Positions 26,500-36,385 of a stretch of 41,779 bases of DNA are shown here, piece after piece. Every line of letters begins with the position of its first letter. The first letter of the stretch is position 1. The stretch spans positions 1 to 41,779 of the forward strand of contig JAAOYD010000033.1 in the NCBI GenBank assembly GCA_018221165.1. The letters run 5' to 3'. Both the position numbers and the translations under genes were made by a program. The stretch is from Candidatus Woesearchaeota archaeon. GTDB taxonomy: Archaea > Nanobdellota > Nanobdellia > Woesearchaeales > UBA525. The notes under the pieces are model-generated. The model ran no database searches. It was not told the origin of the DNA and saw nothing but the letters and a program-made list of their open reading frames with translations.

Positions 26500-27974
26500 C
26501 GGTTCTCTACATAGTTCGTGAGTATTCTGACACCCCAGCCAGTGGCGCCTTTCGGAATGCAAGGCCGTTCGCGTTCTTCATTCACGGCAGCACCCATGTC
26601 AATGTGCGCCCATTTCTTCGGTTCCTTGACGAATTCCTGGAGAAAGATTGCGCCAGCCGCGATGCCGGCGTAGAACTGGAAGCCCAGATTCTTGACGTCA
26701 GCAATCTCAGATTTGATATCTTCTTTGTAATCGTCCCACATGGGAATGCGCCACGCACGGTCGCCCGAAACGTCACCAGCAGCGACAAGTCCTTCGGCAA
26801 TGCCATCAGTCGGCGAGCACACAGCCGCGGCGTTCGCACCAAGCGCGACCATAGCAGCTCCTGTCAGCGTCGCGATATCAATAATGCCATCGTTCTTGAG
26901 CGTTGAGGCATAGGAGAGACAATCAGCGAGGACGATGCGCCCTTCAGCGTCGGTGTTCGCCACTTCGATGGTCTTGCCGTTCATGGCTTTCACCACGTCG
27001 CCGGGCTTGTAGGCGTTACCGCTAATCATGTTCTCGACCGCGCCGATGATGACCGTGACATGCACTGGGAGTTTGAGCTTGGCAATAGCAACGAGCATTC
27101 CCATAAGGGCAGCTGCGCCACCCATGTCGTCCTTCATCGCCTCGAGCATCTTGGTCTTGAGGTTGTAGCCACCGCTGTCGTAGGTGACACCTTTTCCGCA
27201 GAAAATCAAATGTTCTTTCGCCTTTCGCTTCTTGTACTCAAGGACGAGCAAGCGAGGCTTAACAGGACTTCCCCGGCCAACTGCGAGCATAGCTTCCATC
27301 TTCCTGCTACGGAGCTTTCCTTCATTCAGGATGGTGAGGTCAAGGTCGTGTTCTCTTGCGAGGCGCTTCGCTTCCTTTTCCATTGTCGCCGGATTCAGGT
27401 CAGACGCAGGCGTGTTCACCAGGTCACGAGCGTAGTTTGCTGCTTCCCCGAGGATGAGACCACGGTGGAGGCCTTGTTTCGCTTTCTCTTGCTGCTCGGT
27501 TTTCTCGACGATGATCGTGAATCTTTTGAGCTGCTTAATCTCGTCGAGTCCTTGTGTTTTATATTTGAGGAATTTGTAGTTGCTAAGAACTATTCCTTCG
27601 GTGATGGCTTGGATGGCCTGGTCGAGGCCTTCCGCCTTGTCATCGTGGAATGGAACGGTAAGATGGTCGCTAAATTCACGCGCAACTTTGACAGCTGTGC
27701 CTGCCGCTCGTCGCAGGGTCTCAAGATTAACCTCTTGTTTCTTGCCGAGTCCGACGAGGAGGAGCTTCTTGAAAGCCTGCTTTGGCGTCCTCAGCATTGC
27801 CGCTTGGAGCTTCTTGCCAGTGAATTCCTTGCTCTCGCGAAGCGCCTTGATATCATCACCGAGAAGTTTCTCCACCGTCTTGTATTCTGCCGAGTCCTCA
27901 TCCTCTGCTGTGAAGATGATGAGCATATCTGTGTTGTGCGAACCCAGAGCGCCATGAATGACTGTGCCTTTCAT
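26496..27974 (-). CDS. pepA: Leucyl aminopeptidase, M17 family
   Basis: GKGVTYDSGGYNLK and NTDAEGRIVLADCL motifs. I chose the start at MKGTVIHG, with a TATA-like box (ttttttata on the minus strand) about 30 nt upstream. Confidence 0.9.
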   Translation of the reverse strand: MKGTVIHGALGSHNTDMLIIFTAEDEDSAEYKTVEKLLGDDIKALRESKEFTGKKLQAAMLRTPKQAFKKLLLVGLGKKQEVNLETLRRAAGTAVKVAREFSDHLTVPFHDDKAEGLDQAIQAITEGIVLSNYKFLKYKTQGLDEIKQLKRFTIIVEKTEQQEKAKQGLHRGLILGEAANYARDLVNTPASDLNPATMEKEAKRLAREHDLDLTILNEGKLRSRKMEAMLAVGRGSPVKPRLLVLEYKKRKAKEHLIFCGKGVTYDSGGYNLKTKMLEAMKDDMGGAAALMGMLVAIAKLKLPVHVTVIIGAVENMISGNAYKPGDVVKAMNGKTIEVANTDAEGRIVLADCLSYASTLKNDGIIDIATLTGAAMVALGANAAAVCSPTDGIAEGLVAAGDVSGDRAWRIPMWDDYKEDIKSEIADVKNLGFQFYAGIAAGAIFLQEFVKEPKKWAHIDMGAAVNEERERPCIPKGATGWGVRILTNYVENR

Positions 27975-28023
27975 ATGAACCACCTGAAGGTATGGACGAG
28001 AAGGGGTATAAAAAAGTGATGCT

Positions 28024-28779
28024 TTATCTGAGTTGTTCGACGAGCTGAGCATGCAATGCTTTGTTCGCTATGAGGAAGCTCGTGCTGTCAGGTCCTACCT
28101 TCTTGCCATTCATGTCAGTGACTTTTCCGCCGAGCTCTTCAATCATGACAACATAGGGTGCAAAGTCGTAGAATCCAAGACCACCACCCATCATCGCTTC
28201 GACTTTTCCGGTGAGGACTGCTTGGTATTCTTCCCGAGCATCAAGGATGGTAGTAGAGAAGGAATCTTTGATGAGTTGCCAAACTTGTTGGTCCTTATCC
28301 ACCCTGGTGAAGCCTTTCAGCCATTCAAAGGTGAGGATGGATTTGGCGATGTCTGTTTCTTGGGAGAGTTTGGCAGTCTCACCATCGATTGTGACACCTT
28401 TGCCTTTCTCGCAAGTCATGAGGTGGTCGCGAAGCGCGTCGTAGCTCACACCCATAATGACCTCGTCACCTTTCATGAGCGCGATGAGAACCGAAAAATG
28501 GTCGATGCCACGAAGAAAGTGGTGCGTGCCATCTAATGGGTCGATGACCCACGTGTACTCACTGTCACCACTCTTGCCGGTCTCTTCGCCGAAGAAGGCA
28601 TGGTCAGGGAAGGTCGCTTTGATTGTTTCAATGATAACAGCTTCAGATTCCTTGTCTGCGGTAGAAACGAGGGACTTGTCTTCCTTGACCTCTATTTCCA
28701 CTTGGTGCTGGAAGTACTTCTTGTGGATTTCGCCAGCCTTCTTCGCTGCGTCGATGGCAACATCTAAGAATTCACTCAT
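28024..28779 (-). CDS. Inositol monophosphatase family protein (IMPase/FBPase-type)
   Basis: FFGEE, WVIDPLDGT and the downstream metal-binding region. Its start overlaps the trxB stop by 4 nt. Confidence 0.85.
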   Translation of the reverse strand: MSEFLDVAIDAAKKAGEIHKKYFQHQVEIEVKEDKSLVSTADKESEAVIIETIKATFPDHAFFGEETGKSGDSEYTWVIDPLDGTHHFLRGIDHFSVLIALMKGDEVIMGVSYDALRDHLMTCEKGKGVTIDGETAKLSQETDIAKSILTFEWLKGFTRVDKDQQVWQLIKDSFSTTILDAREEYQAVLTGKVEAMMGGGLGFYDFAPYVVMIEELGGKVTDMNGKKVGPDSTSFLIANKALHAQLVEQLR

Positions 28780-29705
28780 CGTTTCTCGATCTCCGCCTTG
28801 CGAACGTCTTCGAACGCTGAGAATGCTGCCGCGACACCTTCAGCTGCACCCGTAATGGTCTGCTTGAACGGTCGGTTGGCTGCGTCGCCGGCTGCGTAGA
28901 TAAGAGGTACGTTTGTTCGTGAGTGACCATCGATGATAATCTCCTTGCGCTCGTCGAGCTTGACGCCGAGCTTGGCCGCCATCTCTGTCTGCGGGTCCGA
29001 ACCAATCATGATGAAGGCACCTTCCACTGGCAGAACGTCTTTGCCATCGTAGGGGTTATTGAGTTTGATGCCTGTCAAGGCGTTCTCGCCAACAAATTCC
29101 ACTGGCGCAGTATTGTAGAGAATCTCTATCTTCTCGTTCTCCTCCATCTTCTTGAGATTGATGGGCTCTGCCCGCATGTGATCTTTGCGTACAATAACAT
29201 AGACCTTACTCGCGTGTTCCGCCAGCAAACTCGCTGCGGATGCCGCACCGTCACCACCGCCGATGACCGCGACTGGCGCGTTCTTGAAGAAAGCTGCATC
29301 GCAGGTGGGACAAAAGCTGACACCTTTACTGGAGAACTCTTCCTCGCCAGGGATACCGAGATGTCGGTGCTTGCTGCCAAGCGTGAGAACAACTGATTTC
29401 GCATCGTAGGTACCACTGCCAGTCGTGACTGTGAATGCGTCGCCGTCCTTCTCGATGCTCTTGACCCATTCCTGCTTGATTTCGATGCCAAAGCTCTCGA
29501 CGTGTTCCTTGAACTTAGTCATGAGTTCTCTGCCTGGGATGCCGATAAAACCAGGGTAGTTCTCGACTTTGTGGCTTTCGTTCAATAATCCACCCACTTC
29601 CGCACCAATAATGAGTGTTTTCAAGCCGAAGCGGTGGCTGTAAATCGCGGCAGGCATGCCTGCGGAGGCAGCGCCGATAACAATGATATCGTAGGAATCA
29701 CTCAT
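28776..29705 (-). CDS. trxB: Thioredoxin-disulfide reductase
   Basis: DIIVIGAASAGMPAA FAD motif, redox-active CPTCDAAFF, VAVIGGGDGAASAA NADPH motif, and C-terminal AAGDA. Confidence 0.9.
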   Translation of the reverse strand: MSDSYDIIVIGAASAGMPAAIYSHRFGLKTLIIGAEVGGLLNESHKVENYPGFIGIPGRELMTKFKEHVESFGIEIKQEWVKSIEKDGDAFTVTTGSGTYDAKSVVLTLGSKHRHLGIPGEEEFSSKGVSFCPTCDAAFFKNAPVAVIGGGDGAASAASLLAEHASKVYVIVRKDHMRAEPINLKKMEENEKIEILYNTAPVEFVGENALTGIKLNNPYDGKDVLPVEGAFIMIGSDPQTEMAAKLGVKLDERKEIIIDGHSRTNVPLIYAAGDAANRPFKQTITGAAEGVAAAFSAFEDVRKAEIEKR

Positions 29706-29858
29706 AGTATCACCTGTAGTATACGAAAAAGGACAGATAGAGCGCTTTTAAACCTTGTGTAGAAGCGTCAAGAAGTGCTATAAGAATGCACGAGCGCTAG
29801 GTCGGAATCTTTAAGAATCGTCGTCACGTGAAACGCTGAAAAGGTAAGAGGGATACTC

Positions 29859-30068
29859 ATGGCAAAAAAGAAAGATAAATGTGATTGGAAATCATCCTGT
29901 AACACTAAAGAATGCGGCGGTTGCGCGTATTTCCTAGGTTTCCTCGGCGCGGCTATATACTATATCTCAACCGCGACAGGATTCTGGGGTGGCGTGCTCG
30001 GCTTCATCAAAGCCATCATCTGGCCGCTCTTCCTCGTGCTCGAAGTGCTGAAATACGTGGGAGCATAA
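29859..30068 (+). CDS. Small Cys-rich membrane protein (hypothetical)
   Basis: 69 aa. The N-terminus CDWKSSCNTKECGGC is followed by two hydrophobic helices. Confidence 0.4.
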   Translation: MAKKKDKCDWKSSCNTKECGGCAYFLGFLGAAIYYISTATGFWGGVLGFIKAIIWPLFLVLEVLKYVGA

Positions 30069-30096
30069 ACAATTTTTAAGAATAAGGAAAGTTGTT

Positions 30097-30366
30097 TTAT
30101 CTTCCACAGCCACAGCCTTTGTTGCCACAGGCACCAGGAGTCTCGCAGGAGCCGCCGCAAGAGCCTGCACCTTCGCAAGAACCAACGTTGCCACCACAAG
30201 AACCAGTACCATAATTCCCGTCGGCAACTGCACAGCTTCCGCCGCCGCATCCGCCGGCTTTGTAGGATTTTTCGCTCATGTCGTCTACCGCATTCGCGGT
30301 GACGAAGACAGCAGCCACCATCAACACGGCAGCGATGCCAAGCACAGTTACTATTGTTTTGCTCAT
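30097..30366 (-). CDS. Membrane-anchored or secreted Gly/Cys-rich protein (metallothionein-like, hypothetical)
   Basis: N-terminal hydrophobic anchor IVTVLGIAAVLMVAAVFV. The C-terminal ~53 aa contain 9 Cys in repeated G-S-C contexts. It lies just downstream of the cop operon on the same strand. Confidence 0.5.
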   Translation of the reverse strand: MSKTIVTVLGIAAVLMVAAVFVTANAVDDMSEKSYKAGGCGGGSCAVADGNYGTGSCGGNVGSCEGAGSCGGSCETPGACGNKGCGCGR

Positions 30367-30428
30367 TTTTCCACCTCGGTGTCTTTAGTATTGTAACGTG
30401 TTTATAGTTTTCGTGTTTGAAAACAAGT

Positions 30429-30779
30429 TTATTCTACATTCAGCGTGCCGAAGTACATGTTCATGCCGCAGCTGGCGGTCAACGGACCGGGCTTCGTAGG
30501 TGTGAACGTGACTTGCGAATCGCCAGCTTGAATCACTTTCTTGACGCCTTCCGCGTGGATGTTAAAGCTCCGTTCGCAGCCACGGAATTCCTCAGCTTGG
30601 AACTGCAAGGTCACTGGTTCACCAGCTTTGACCGTGCTTGGTGTAAACACGTACTCACCGTTTTGAAAGTTCACCTTGACGACATTCGCTGTCGCACCAG
30701 TTGTTGTGCTTGTTTCAGTCGTGCTGCAAGCAGCCACCACAAGCAAGGCCATAATCCCCACTATAATTGCATATTTCAT
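30429..30779 (-). CDS. Cupredoxin-like lipoprotein or secreted protein
   Basis: Signal plus lipobox-like LLVVAACS. The beta-rich domain has candidate Cu ligands (GCERSFNIH ... SCGMNMY). It starts 3 nt after the copA stop. Confidence 0.65.
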   Translation of the reverse strand: MKYAIIVGIMALLVVAACSTTETSTTTGATANVVKVNFQNGEYVFTPSTVKAGEPVTLQFQAEEFRGCERSFNIHAEGVKKVIQAGDSQVTFTPTKPGPLTASCGMNMYFGTLNVE

Positions 30780-30782
30780 TCT

Positions 30783-33047
30783 TTATACCTCCAGTTTTTT
30801 CGTCTTTAGGAGTAAGCTGTTCGTGACGACGCTGACGCTGCTCAACGCCATGGCCGCGCCCGCGATAATCGGACTCAAAAGGATACCAAAAGTAGGATAC
30901 AATAACCCAGCCGCAATGGGCACGCCTAATGTATTATAGATGAACGCCCAGAACAAGTTCTGCTTAATCTTCCCCATAGTGAGCCGACTCAATCTGATAG
31001 CCTTGGGCACGTCGCGTAAATCATCTTTCATCAGCACGACGTTACCAGTCTCCATAGCGACATCAGTACCAGAGCCCATGGCAATGCCAATGTCAGCTTG
31101 CGCCAACGCAGGACTATCATTAATCCCATCACCAACCATGGCAACTTTCGCATCGTCTTTCTGCAGCTTCTTCACATAGGCCGCTTTCTGGTCAGGCAAG
31201 ACCGAAGCAAACACCTTCGAAATTCCCGCCTGCTTCGCGATGGCCTGAGCTGTGCGTTCATTGTCACCAGTAATCATGTAGACGTCGATACCCATCTTTT
31301 GCAATTGCTTCACTGCTTGGGCGCTGTGCTCCTTGATCGTATCAGCAACCGCGATGAGCCCTAAGAGCTCACGGCCGTTCGCAAGGAGCATGACAGTCTT
31401 GCCTTCGCGCTCTAACGTGTGCATCTGCTTCTCGATGGATTTCACAGCAATCTTGTGCTTCGCCATGAGTTTGTCATTGCCGAAATAATAGGTGATGCCT
31501 TTGAGCTTCGCTTGAATGCCATGTCCAGGGACTGCCTGGAAGCTAGTTGCTTTCCCAAGAGCAAGCTTCTCCTGCTTCCCTTTCGCCACAATCGCATCAG
31601 CGAGCGGGTGTTCGCTGCCTTGTTCGATGCTCGCAGCCAGGGTCAAGAGCGCTTTCTGTGAGATCTTCCCTACAGGAATAATATCTGTCACCACAGGCTC
31701 GCCGTTCGTAATCGTGCCAGTCTTATCGAACACGATAGCTTTCAGCTTGTGTGCCATCTCCAACGCCTCGCCGCCTTTGATGAGGATGCCATTCTTCGCT
31801 CCCAAACCAGTGCCAACCATGATAGCTGTTGGCGTAGCAAGTCCGAGCGCGCAGGGACAAGCAATGACAAGGACACTGACAGCGGTAATGATGCCGAAGC
31901 CGACACCCATATTACCCAGCGTAGACCAGAAGAGTAACGTCAGAATCGCGATACCAATAATAGTAGGAACAAAGTAGCTGCTCACCACATCAGCGAAGCG
32001 CTGGATTGGCGCTTTCGTGCCTTGGGCTTCTTCGACGAGCTTGACGATGCGACTCAAGGTTGTATTCGCGCCGACCTTCGTCGCTTTGAACGTAAAGCTT
32101 CCATGCTTGTTAATTGTCGCGCCAATGACGTCATCGCCTTTCTTCTTCCCAACAGGAATACTCTCCCCAGTAATCATGCTTTCATCAAGCGAGGAATGAC
32201 CTTCGACAATGACGCCATCGACTGGCACTTTCTCACCAGGCTTCACAATAACAAGATCGCCAACTTTGACATCATCAATAGGAATCTTCAACTCCTTGCC
32301 ACCACGCAATACCGTCGCAGTCTTTGGAGACAGACCAACAAGCTTCTTGATAGCATCGCTGGTCTTGCCTTTCGCTTTCAGCTCAAGCAATTTCCCCATC
32401 AAAATAAGTGTAATAATCGTTGTAGCCGCTTCGAAGTACTGCCCGGTTTTCTCCATCGCGTAGAACACGATGTAAATGCTGTAGAAGTAGGCGACAGTCG
32501 TGCCCATGGCAATCAAGGTATCCATATTGCTCGTACCGTTTTTCAGCGCAGCCCATGCTCCTTTGTAGAACTGCCAGCCAACGATGAACTGCACAGGCGT
32601 GGCAAGCACGAAGAGCAAGCCCATCGCTCCGGGCATATCCCAGCCGACATAGAACAAGCCATCTGTCATGAAGAACATACCAATGATTAACGCAGGAACG
32701 CTGAAGATGAGACTCAGATGAAACAACTTTGTTAATCTATCGACTTCTGCTTTCTCACGTTGCGCTCTGAGTTCATAGGGGTCTACTTTCTTGCGAGGCT
32801 CTTCAGATTGTGATGGGGTATTTTGGGGTGTTGGTTCATCTTCCATATTAATTACTTCATAGCCACGCTTCTCAATCGCAGCGGATAAATCTGCAACAGT
32901 CGCAGAGCTATTATGTTCAACTGTCGCTCGCTCAGTAGCATAATTCACGTTCGCCTCTTGCACTCCTGGCACTTTCTTCAGCGCCTTGGTGAGGAGTGTA
33001 GAACAGCTCGCGCAGTGCATGCCACCGATGGTAAGCTCAGTCTTCAT
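30783..33047 (-). CDS. copA: Copper-translocating P1B-type ATPase
   Basis: N-terminal HMA GMHCASC, TGES, transmembrane CPC, DKTGTIT, and [10 protein letters not shown]. Confidence 0.95.
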   Translation of the reverse strand: MKTELTIGGMHCASCSTLLTKALKKVPGVQEANVNYATERATVEHNSSATVADLSAAIEKRGYEVINMEDEPTPQNTPSQSEEPRKKVDPYELRAQREKAEVDRLTKLFHLSLIFSVPALIIGMFFMTDGLFYVGWDMPGAMGLLFVLATPVQFIVGWQFYKGAWAALKNGTSNMDTLIAMGTTVAYFYSIYIVFYAMEKTGQYFEAATTIITLILMGKLLELKAKGKTSDAIKKLVGLSPKTATVLRGGKELKIPIDDVKVGDLVIVKPGEKVPVDGVIVEGHSSLDESMITGESIPVGKKKGDDVIGATINKHGSFTFKATKVGANTTLSRIVKLVEEAQGTKAPIQRFADVVSSYFVPTIIGIAILTLLFWSTLGNMGVGFGIITAVSVLVIACPCALGLATPTAIMVGTGLGAKNGILIKGGEALEMAHKLKAIVFDKTGTITNGEPVVTDIIPVGKISQKALLTLAASIEQGSEHPLADAIVAKGKQEKLALGKATSFQAVPGHGIQAKLKGITYYFGNDKLMAKHKIAVKSIEKQMHTLEREGKTVMLLANGRELLGLIAVADTIKEHSAQAVKQLQKMGIDVYMITGDNERTAQAIAKQAGISKVFASVLPDQKAAYVKKLQKDDAKVAMVGDGINDSPALAQADIGIAMGSGTDVAMETGNVVLMKDDLRDVPKAIRLSRLTMGKIKQNLFWAFIYNTLGVPIAAGLLYPTFGILLSPIIAGAAMALSSVSVVTNSLLLKTKKLEV

Positions 33048-34381
33048 TATTTCCTCCGTACAAAGTAGAGGGTCAACGCGAGCATGACCAACGCTGCGAC
33101 GATCCAGGCCCAGGCCATCTCGAAGGGCATGTCTCTATAGTAGAAGCGATTGATAATCTCCAGCTCAATAGTACGGTCGAGCACAACTTCTTCGTTGAAG
33201 CTGTTCAGGAAGGTGACGCGGACCGGCAAGGCTAAGTCATCTTCTTCCGCGAGAATTTCGAATGTTGCGTTCGCGTTCGCTCCGGGTGACAAGCTACCAA
33301 GATACACCTCGCTTGGAGCAGTGAGTAAACGATAGTCTTCACTCTCAACCAACTCTATCTTGACAAAACGCATCTCAGTCAACGCACGGTTCGCCACAGA
33401 GATTGTTGCCTTACCTGCAAAGTCTGTACTCCGTAAGTCAGTACTCAATAACTCAACAAACACATTTGGTTCCATATCAATCAAGATGGGAATCTCAATG
33501 CGAGCGTGGAAGGGATTATTGTCTTCATCGTTGTAGTTGACGTAGAGTGGGACTGCATAGATGTCTGGTGTCGCTCCTGGCAAGGCTCTGATAGGGATGC
33601 GAACTTCAATCTCACTTTGCGGTTCTAAGTCAGGGACTTGAACCCGAGTCGCGCCGCCACTCGGCGCAACCGCTGTAAACGCAGTGGGGATGCGTTCTTT
33701 GCCGCCGGACACCATCATCGGCGTGGCACCGGAGAGCGGGCTCTGTCCTGAAGCGACTTTCCTATTCACTTCCTCTAATCGGGCATTAATCATTGACTGA
33801 ACCGCAAGCGAGTTCTCCATATTCGCATTGACATCGTAGCTGTCTGTAAAATCAAGGTGGATGTCGATGTTGCGCAAGGGCTGGTCATCGAAGTTCCTGA
33901 TTAAGAGAATGAGTTCTCCTTCTTCACCTGGACGAAGACGCTCAGGCTCCTGCCGAACTTCTTGCAGACCAACACGAGCGTTGAAGGTTTGGATGTTGAT
34001 ATCAAATTCGCGCTCTTGATAAGGAGCATCTTGTGAACGAGCAAAGGTGACTCTCAAAGGTGCGAGGCCATCGTTCGCTCCTGGCGCCACTTTGATCTGG
34101 AATTGAAGACGTTGCAGACCTGAAACAGTAAACTGCTTGGCTCGTTCAACATCTTGTGTATCAAGAAGCTCGAACGGGTATTCAGCGATGACTTCAAGCT
34201 TGGCATCGTTCGCCGCATCGCCGTTGTTCGTCACCTCGAGGAAGAGGTCAAAGGTCTGGCCTGGTTGCACTGGGCTCGGGTTGTAGCTGAGGAGGGCGAC
34301 ATCGAGGTTAGCTTCCGCTGCCAGTGCAGGAGTCACGGCGAGGAGCAGTACTACCACCAGTATACTGAGTTGTCGTATCAT
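33047..34381 (-). CDS. Secreted multi-domain beta-sandwich protein (CARDB/COG1361-like) with a C-terminal TM anchor
   Basis: Signal peptide [13 protein letters not shown]. Repeated motifs of the type [18 protein letters not shown] and [14 protein letters not shown]-terminal [18 protein letters not shown]. Its stop overlaps the copA start by 1 nt. Confidence 0.6.
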   Translation of the reverse strand: MIRQLSILVVVLLLAVTPALAAEANLDVALLSYNPSPVQPGQTFDLFLEVTNNGDAANDAKLEVIAEYPFELLDTQDVERAKQFTVSGLQRLQFQIKVAPGANDGLAPLRVTFARSQDAPYQEREFDINIQTFNARVGLQEVRQEPERLRPGEEGELILLIRNFDDQPLRNIDIHLDFTDSYDVNANMENSLAVQSMINARLEEVNRKVASGQSPLSGATPMMVSGGKERIPTAFTAVAPSGGATRVQVPDLEPQSEIEVRIPIRALPGATPDIYAVPLYVNYNDEDNNPFHARIEIPILIDMEPNVFVELLSTDLRSTDFAGKATISVANRALTEMRFVKIELVESEDYRLLTAPSEVYLGSLSPGANANATFEILAEEDDLALPVRVTFLNSFNEEVVLDRTIELEIINRFYYRDMPFEMAWAWIVAALVMLALTLYFVRRK

Positions 34382-34385
34382 GTTC

Positions 34386-35318
34386 TTACCCCATAAATAT
34401 ACTGGGCGGTGCCCAGATGATGATCGCTGTCAATGCGGCGAGGACCAGGAGGCTCACACCAAGGAAAGGAAGGAAACTCATCGGGACGCGTTGCACGTCC
34501 TTGCCTTCGACCATCTCTTCGAAGAGCATGTAGCTGAACCCAATAAGGATGATGATGTTGAGCACTAGGAAGAATGGCATGAAGATGTGCACGTGGTTGG
34601 TGAACATCATCACGGTAATCATCGCGCCCATGGTACCACCCATGAGGCCTGCCATGAGTCCTTCCATGATGCCCATAACACCACAGCAGTTGCCGGTCCA
34701 GGCGCCAACCGCACTCGCGAGGAGCATGCCGACGAAGGCTCCCATGAAGAAGCCGTTCGTGGCACCGAGGACTGCACCGACGAGCATGCCCGTCTGCATG
34801 CCAATAGTCATGCCTATCATCATGCCGAGCATGCAGCCGACTGTGCCTCTGTAGGATTTGAAGTGCCAGATTGCGCCTGCGAGGAAAGCAACGCTAATTG
34901 CGAGATAGACACCCCACCACATCCTGATTTCGAAGAAACCTGGATTTCTCATGCCTGCGTAGTAGAGGGCTGCGAGTTCCAGGATAATGAAGAGGATGAG
35001 ACTGGCGAAGACGTACCCAACCATCTTGCGTTCGATTGCGTACTTCTTCTTGTCGGAGAGGAATTCTTTGGTTCGTTCTCGGATTGAAGGTCGGAGTTCA
35101 GGGTTCAACGACGCGCGGTAGCCCTTGCTCTTGAAGAGCGCGACGAGCTTCGTCGCTTTGACGGTCTTGTCATGTTCGACCTCGACGCAGTCGCCTTTGA
35201 AAGAGAATGAGGTGATACCTTTGTGTTTGTCTAGTACTCTCCCGAGCACTTTGACGCAGCTGTCGCATTCGATGTCCGAGGAATACAACTTAGTCTTCAT
35301 AGGACACCTTATACTCAC
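34386..35318 (-). CDS. HMA-like domain fused to a Met/Gly-rich polytopic membrane domain (hypothetical metal-handling membrane protein)
   Basis: The N-terminal CDSC lies in a ferredoxin-like ~70 aa domain. About six TM helices are extremely rich in Met and Gly (GMMIGMTIGMQTGMLVG..GNCCGVMGIMEGLMAGLMGGTMGAM). An alternative start at MKTKLY (35300) is possible. Confidence 0.6.
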   Translation of the reverse strand: MSIRCPMKTKLYSSDIECDSCVKVLGRVLDKHKGITSFSFKGDCVEVEHDKTVKATKLVALFKSKGYRASLNPELRPSIRERTKEFLSDKKKYAIERKMVGYVFASLILFIILELAALYYAGMRNPGFFEIRMWWGVYLAISVAFLAGAIWHFKSYRGTVGCMLGMMIGMTIGMQTGMLVGAVLGATNGFFMGAFVGMLLASAVGAWTGNCCGVMGIMEGLMAGLMGGTMGAMITVMMFTNHVHIFMPFFLVLNIIILIGFSYMLFEEMVEGKDVQRVPMSFLPFLGVSLLVLAALTAIIIWAPPSIFMG

Positions 35319-35502
35319 CGAGTGCTTCGATGGCTGCTTTCAGCTCAGCAGTATCTTTGTCTGTTTCAAAGTTGACCGTGCCTGTTTGCGTTGCGTCATC
35401 AACGGTAATAGAAACGTTAGTTACACCGAGGTCTTCGAGCTCTTCCTGGATGAGCATGCTGCAGCTCTTGCAGTGCATGCCTTTAACAGTGAATGAGGTC
35501 AT
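35290..35502 (-). CDS. copZ: Copper chaperone CopZ (HMA domain)
   Basis: 70 aa with GMHCKSC. Confidence 0.85.
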   Translation of the reverse strand: MTSFTVKGMHCKSCSMLIQEELEDLGVTNVSITVDDATQTGTVNFETDKDTAELKAAIEALGEYKVSYED

Positions 35503-35513
35503 GGTTTTCCCTC

Positions 35514-35858
35514 CTAGTGTTTAGCGCAGCATTCTACGATGCAGTGGGTATGCACATGCTGGTCGATGAGCTGCATGAGCGGCTCAATGGTCTCTTTGTT
35601 AATGCTGTAGATTCTGAATTTTCCATCTCGTTTGCTCGTGACGAAGCCGTTCTCCTCCAGCTGTCGGAGGCAATGGCTCACGCAGGTCTGTTCAAGATTT
35701 GTGAGTTGGATGATGTCGCTGACGCTCTTCTCGCCAGTTCTCAACGCTTTGATGATGTGCATACGGTTGGTGTTGCCTAAGGTGCCGAAGAAACGGGCGT
35801 AGCCTTCGCAGAGGCAGTTGCTGCCTTTGCACAGGTCGCAATCGCATGTATCACTCAT
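35514..35858 (-). CDS. ArsR/SmtB-family metalloregulator
   Basis: wHTH region RMHIIKALRTGEKSVSDIIQLTNLEQTCVSHCLRQLEENGFV, with Cys-rich termini (CDCDLCKGSNCLC and HTHCIVECC). Confidence 0.85.
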   Translation of the reverse strand: MSDTCDCDLCKGSNCLCEGYARFFGTLGNTNRMHIIKALRTGEKSVSDIIQLTNLEQTCVSHCLRQLEENGFVTSKRDGKFRIYSINKETIEPLMQLIDQHVHTHCIVECCAKH

Positions 35859-35919
35859 ATGATAAGAATTTCATATGTTACTTATATAGTTTGTGGTTGA
35901 TTAGTGTGGGATTTTCCAC

Positions 35920-36351
35920 CTAACTTCGCCATGTGCGATGCCCATAGAAGGGAGAGTTCCTCGTGACGTCAAGGCCGACGAAAACTGAAAAGGTATCACC
36001 CGGAGCAATGACGATATAGCGCTCATGAGGAACATGGTAACGCATGATTGACTCTTTCAAGCAAGTAGGAGATACTGTGATACCAGTACAGCGTGCATGA
36101 GCATCCCCACTACCTTCATCAATAATAGCTTGACCACCTTTGCCAATCTTGAGATGATTTTGACTCCGAAAGAGGTTCTGTGCCAAGACTCGTGTCTCGA
36201 ACCAGAAGAAATCAATAGGGGATGGACTCATAGCCTCATATCTGAAGCCAATGTGTTGTGGATTATCTGTCAACCGTCCATTCAATAACTCGGCGACTTT
36301 CTCGAGCTCTTCATTACTACAGAGAATAGTCGTGTGAAAGCTTTCAATCAT
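35920..36351 (-). CDS. Hypothetical protein
   Basis: 143-aa ORF that fills the interval. No family recognised. Confidence 0.4.
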   Translation of the reverse strand: MIESFHTTILCSNEELEKVAELLNGRLTDNPQHIGFRYEAMSPSPIDFFWFETRVLAQNLFRSQNHLKIGKGGQAIIDEGSGDAHARCTGITVSPTCLKESIMRYHVPHERYIVIAPGDTFSVFVGLDVTRNSPFYGHRTWRS

Positions 36352-36385
36352 ATGACGGAGCTAAGGGGAGAATATTTATGCTTTG

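Noticed and set aside
27060-28019. 319-aa ORF on the + strand.
   Set aside because: It is entirely antisense to the well-supported pepA gene, has no recognisable motifs, and is a typical shadow ORF.
29960-30250. 96-aa and 88-aa minus-strand ORFs in other frames (Arg/Trp/Leu-rich) over the Gly/Cys-rich locus.
   Set aside because: They are alternative frames of GC-rich low-complexity DNA. Only the 30097-30366 frame has a plausible anchor and a metal-binding-like composition.
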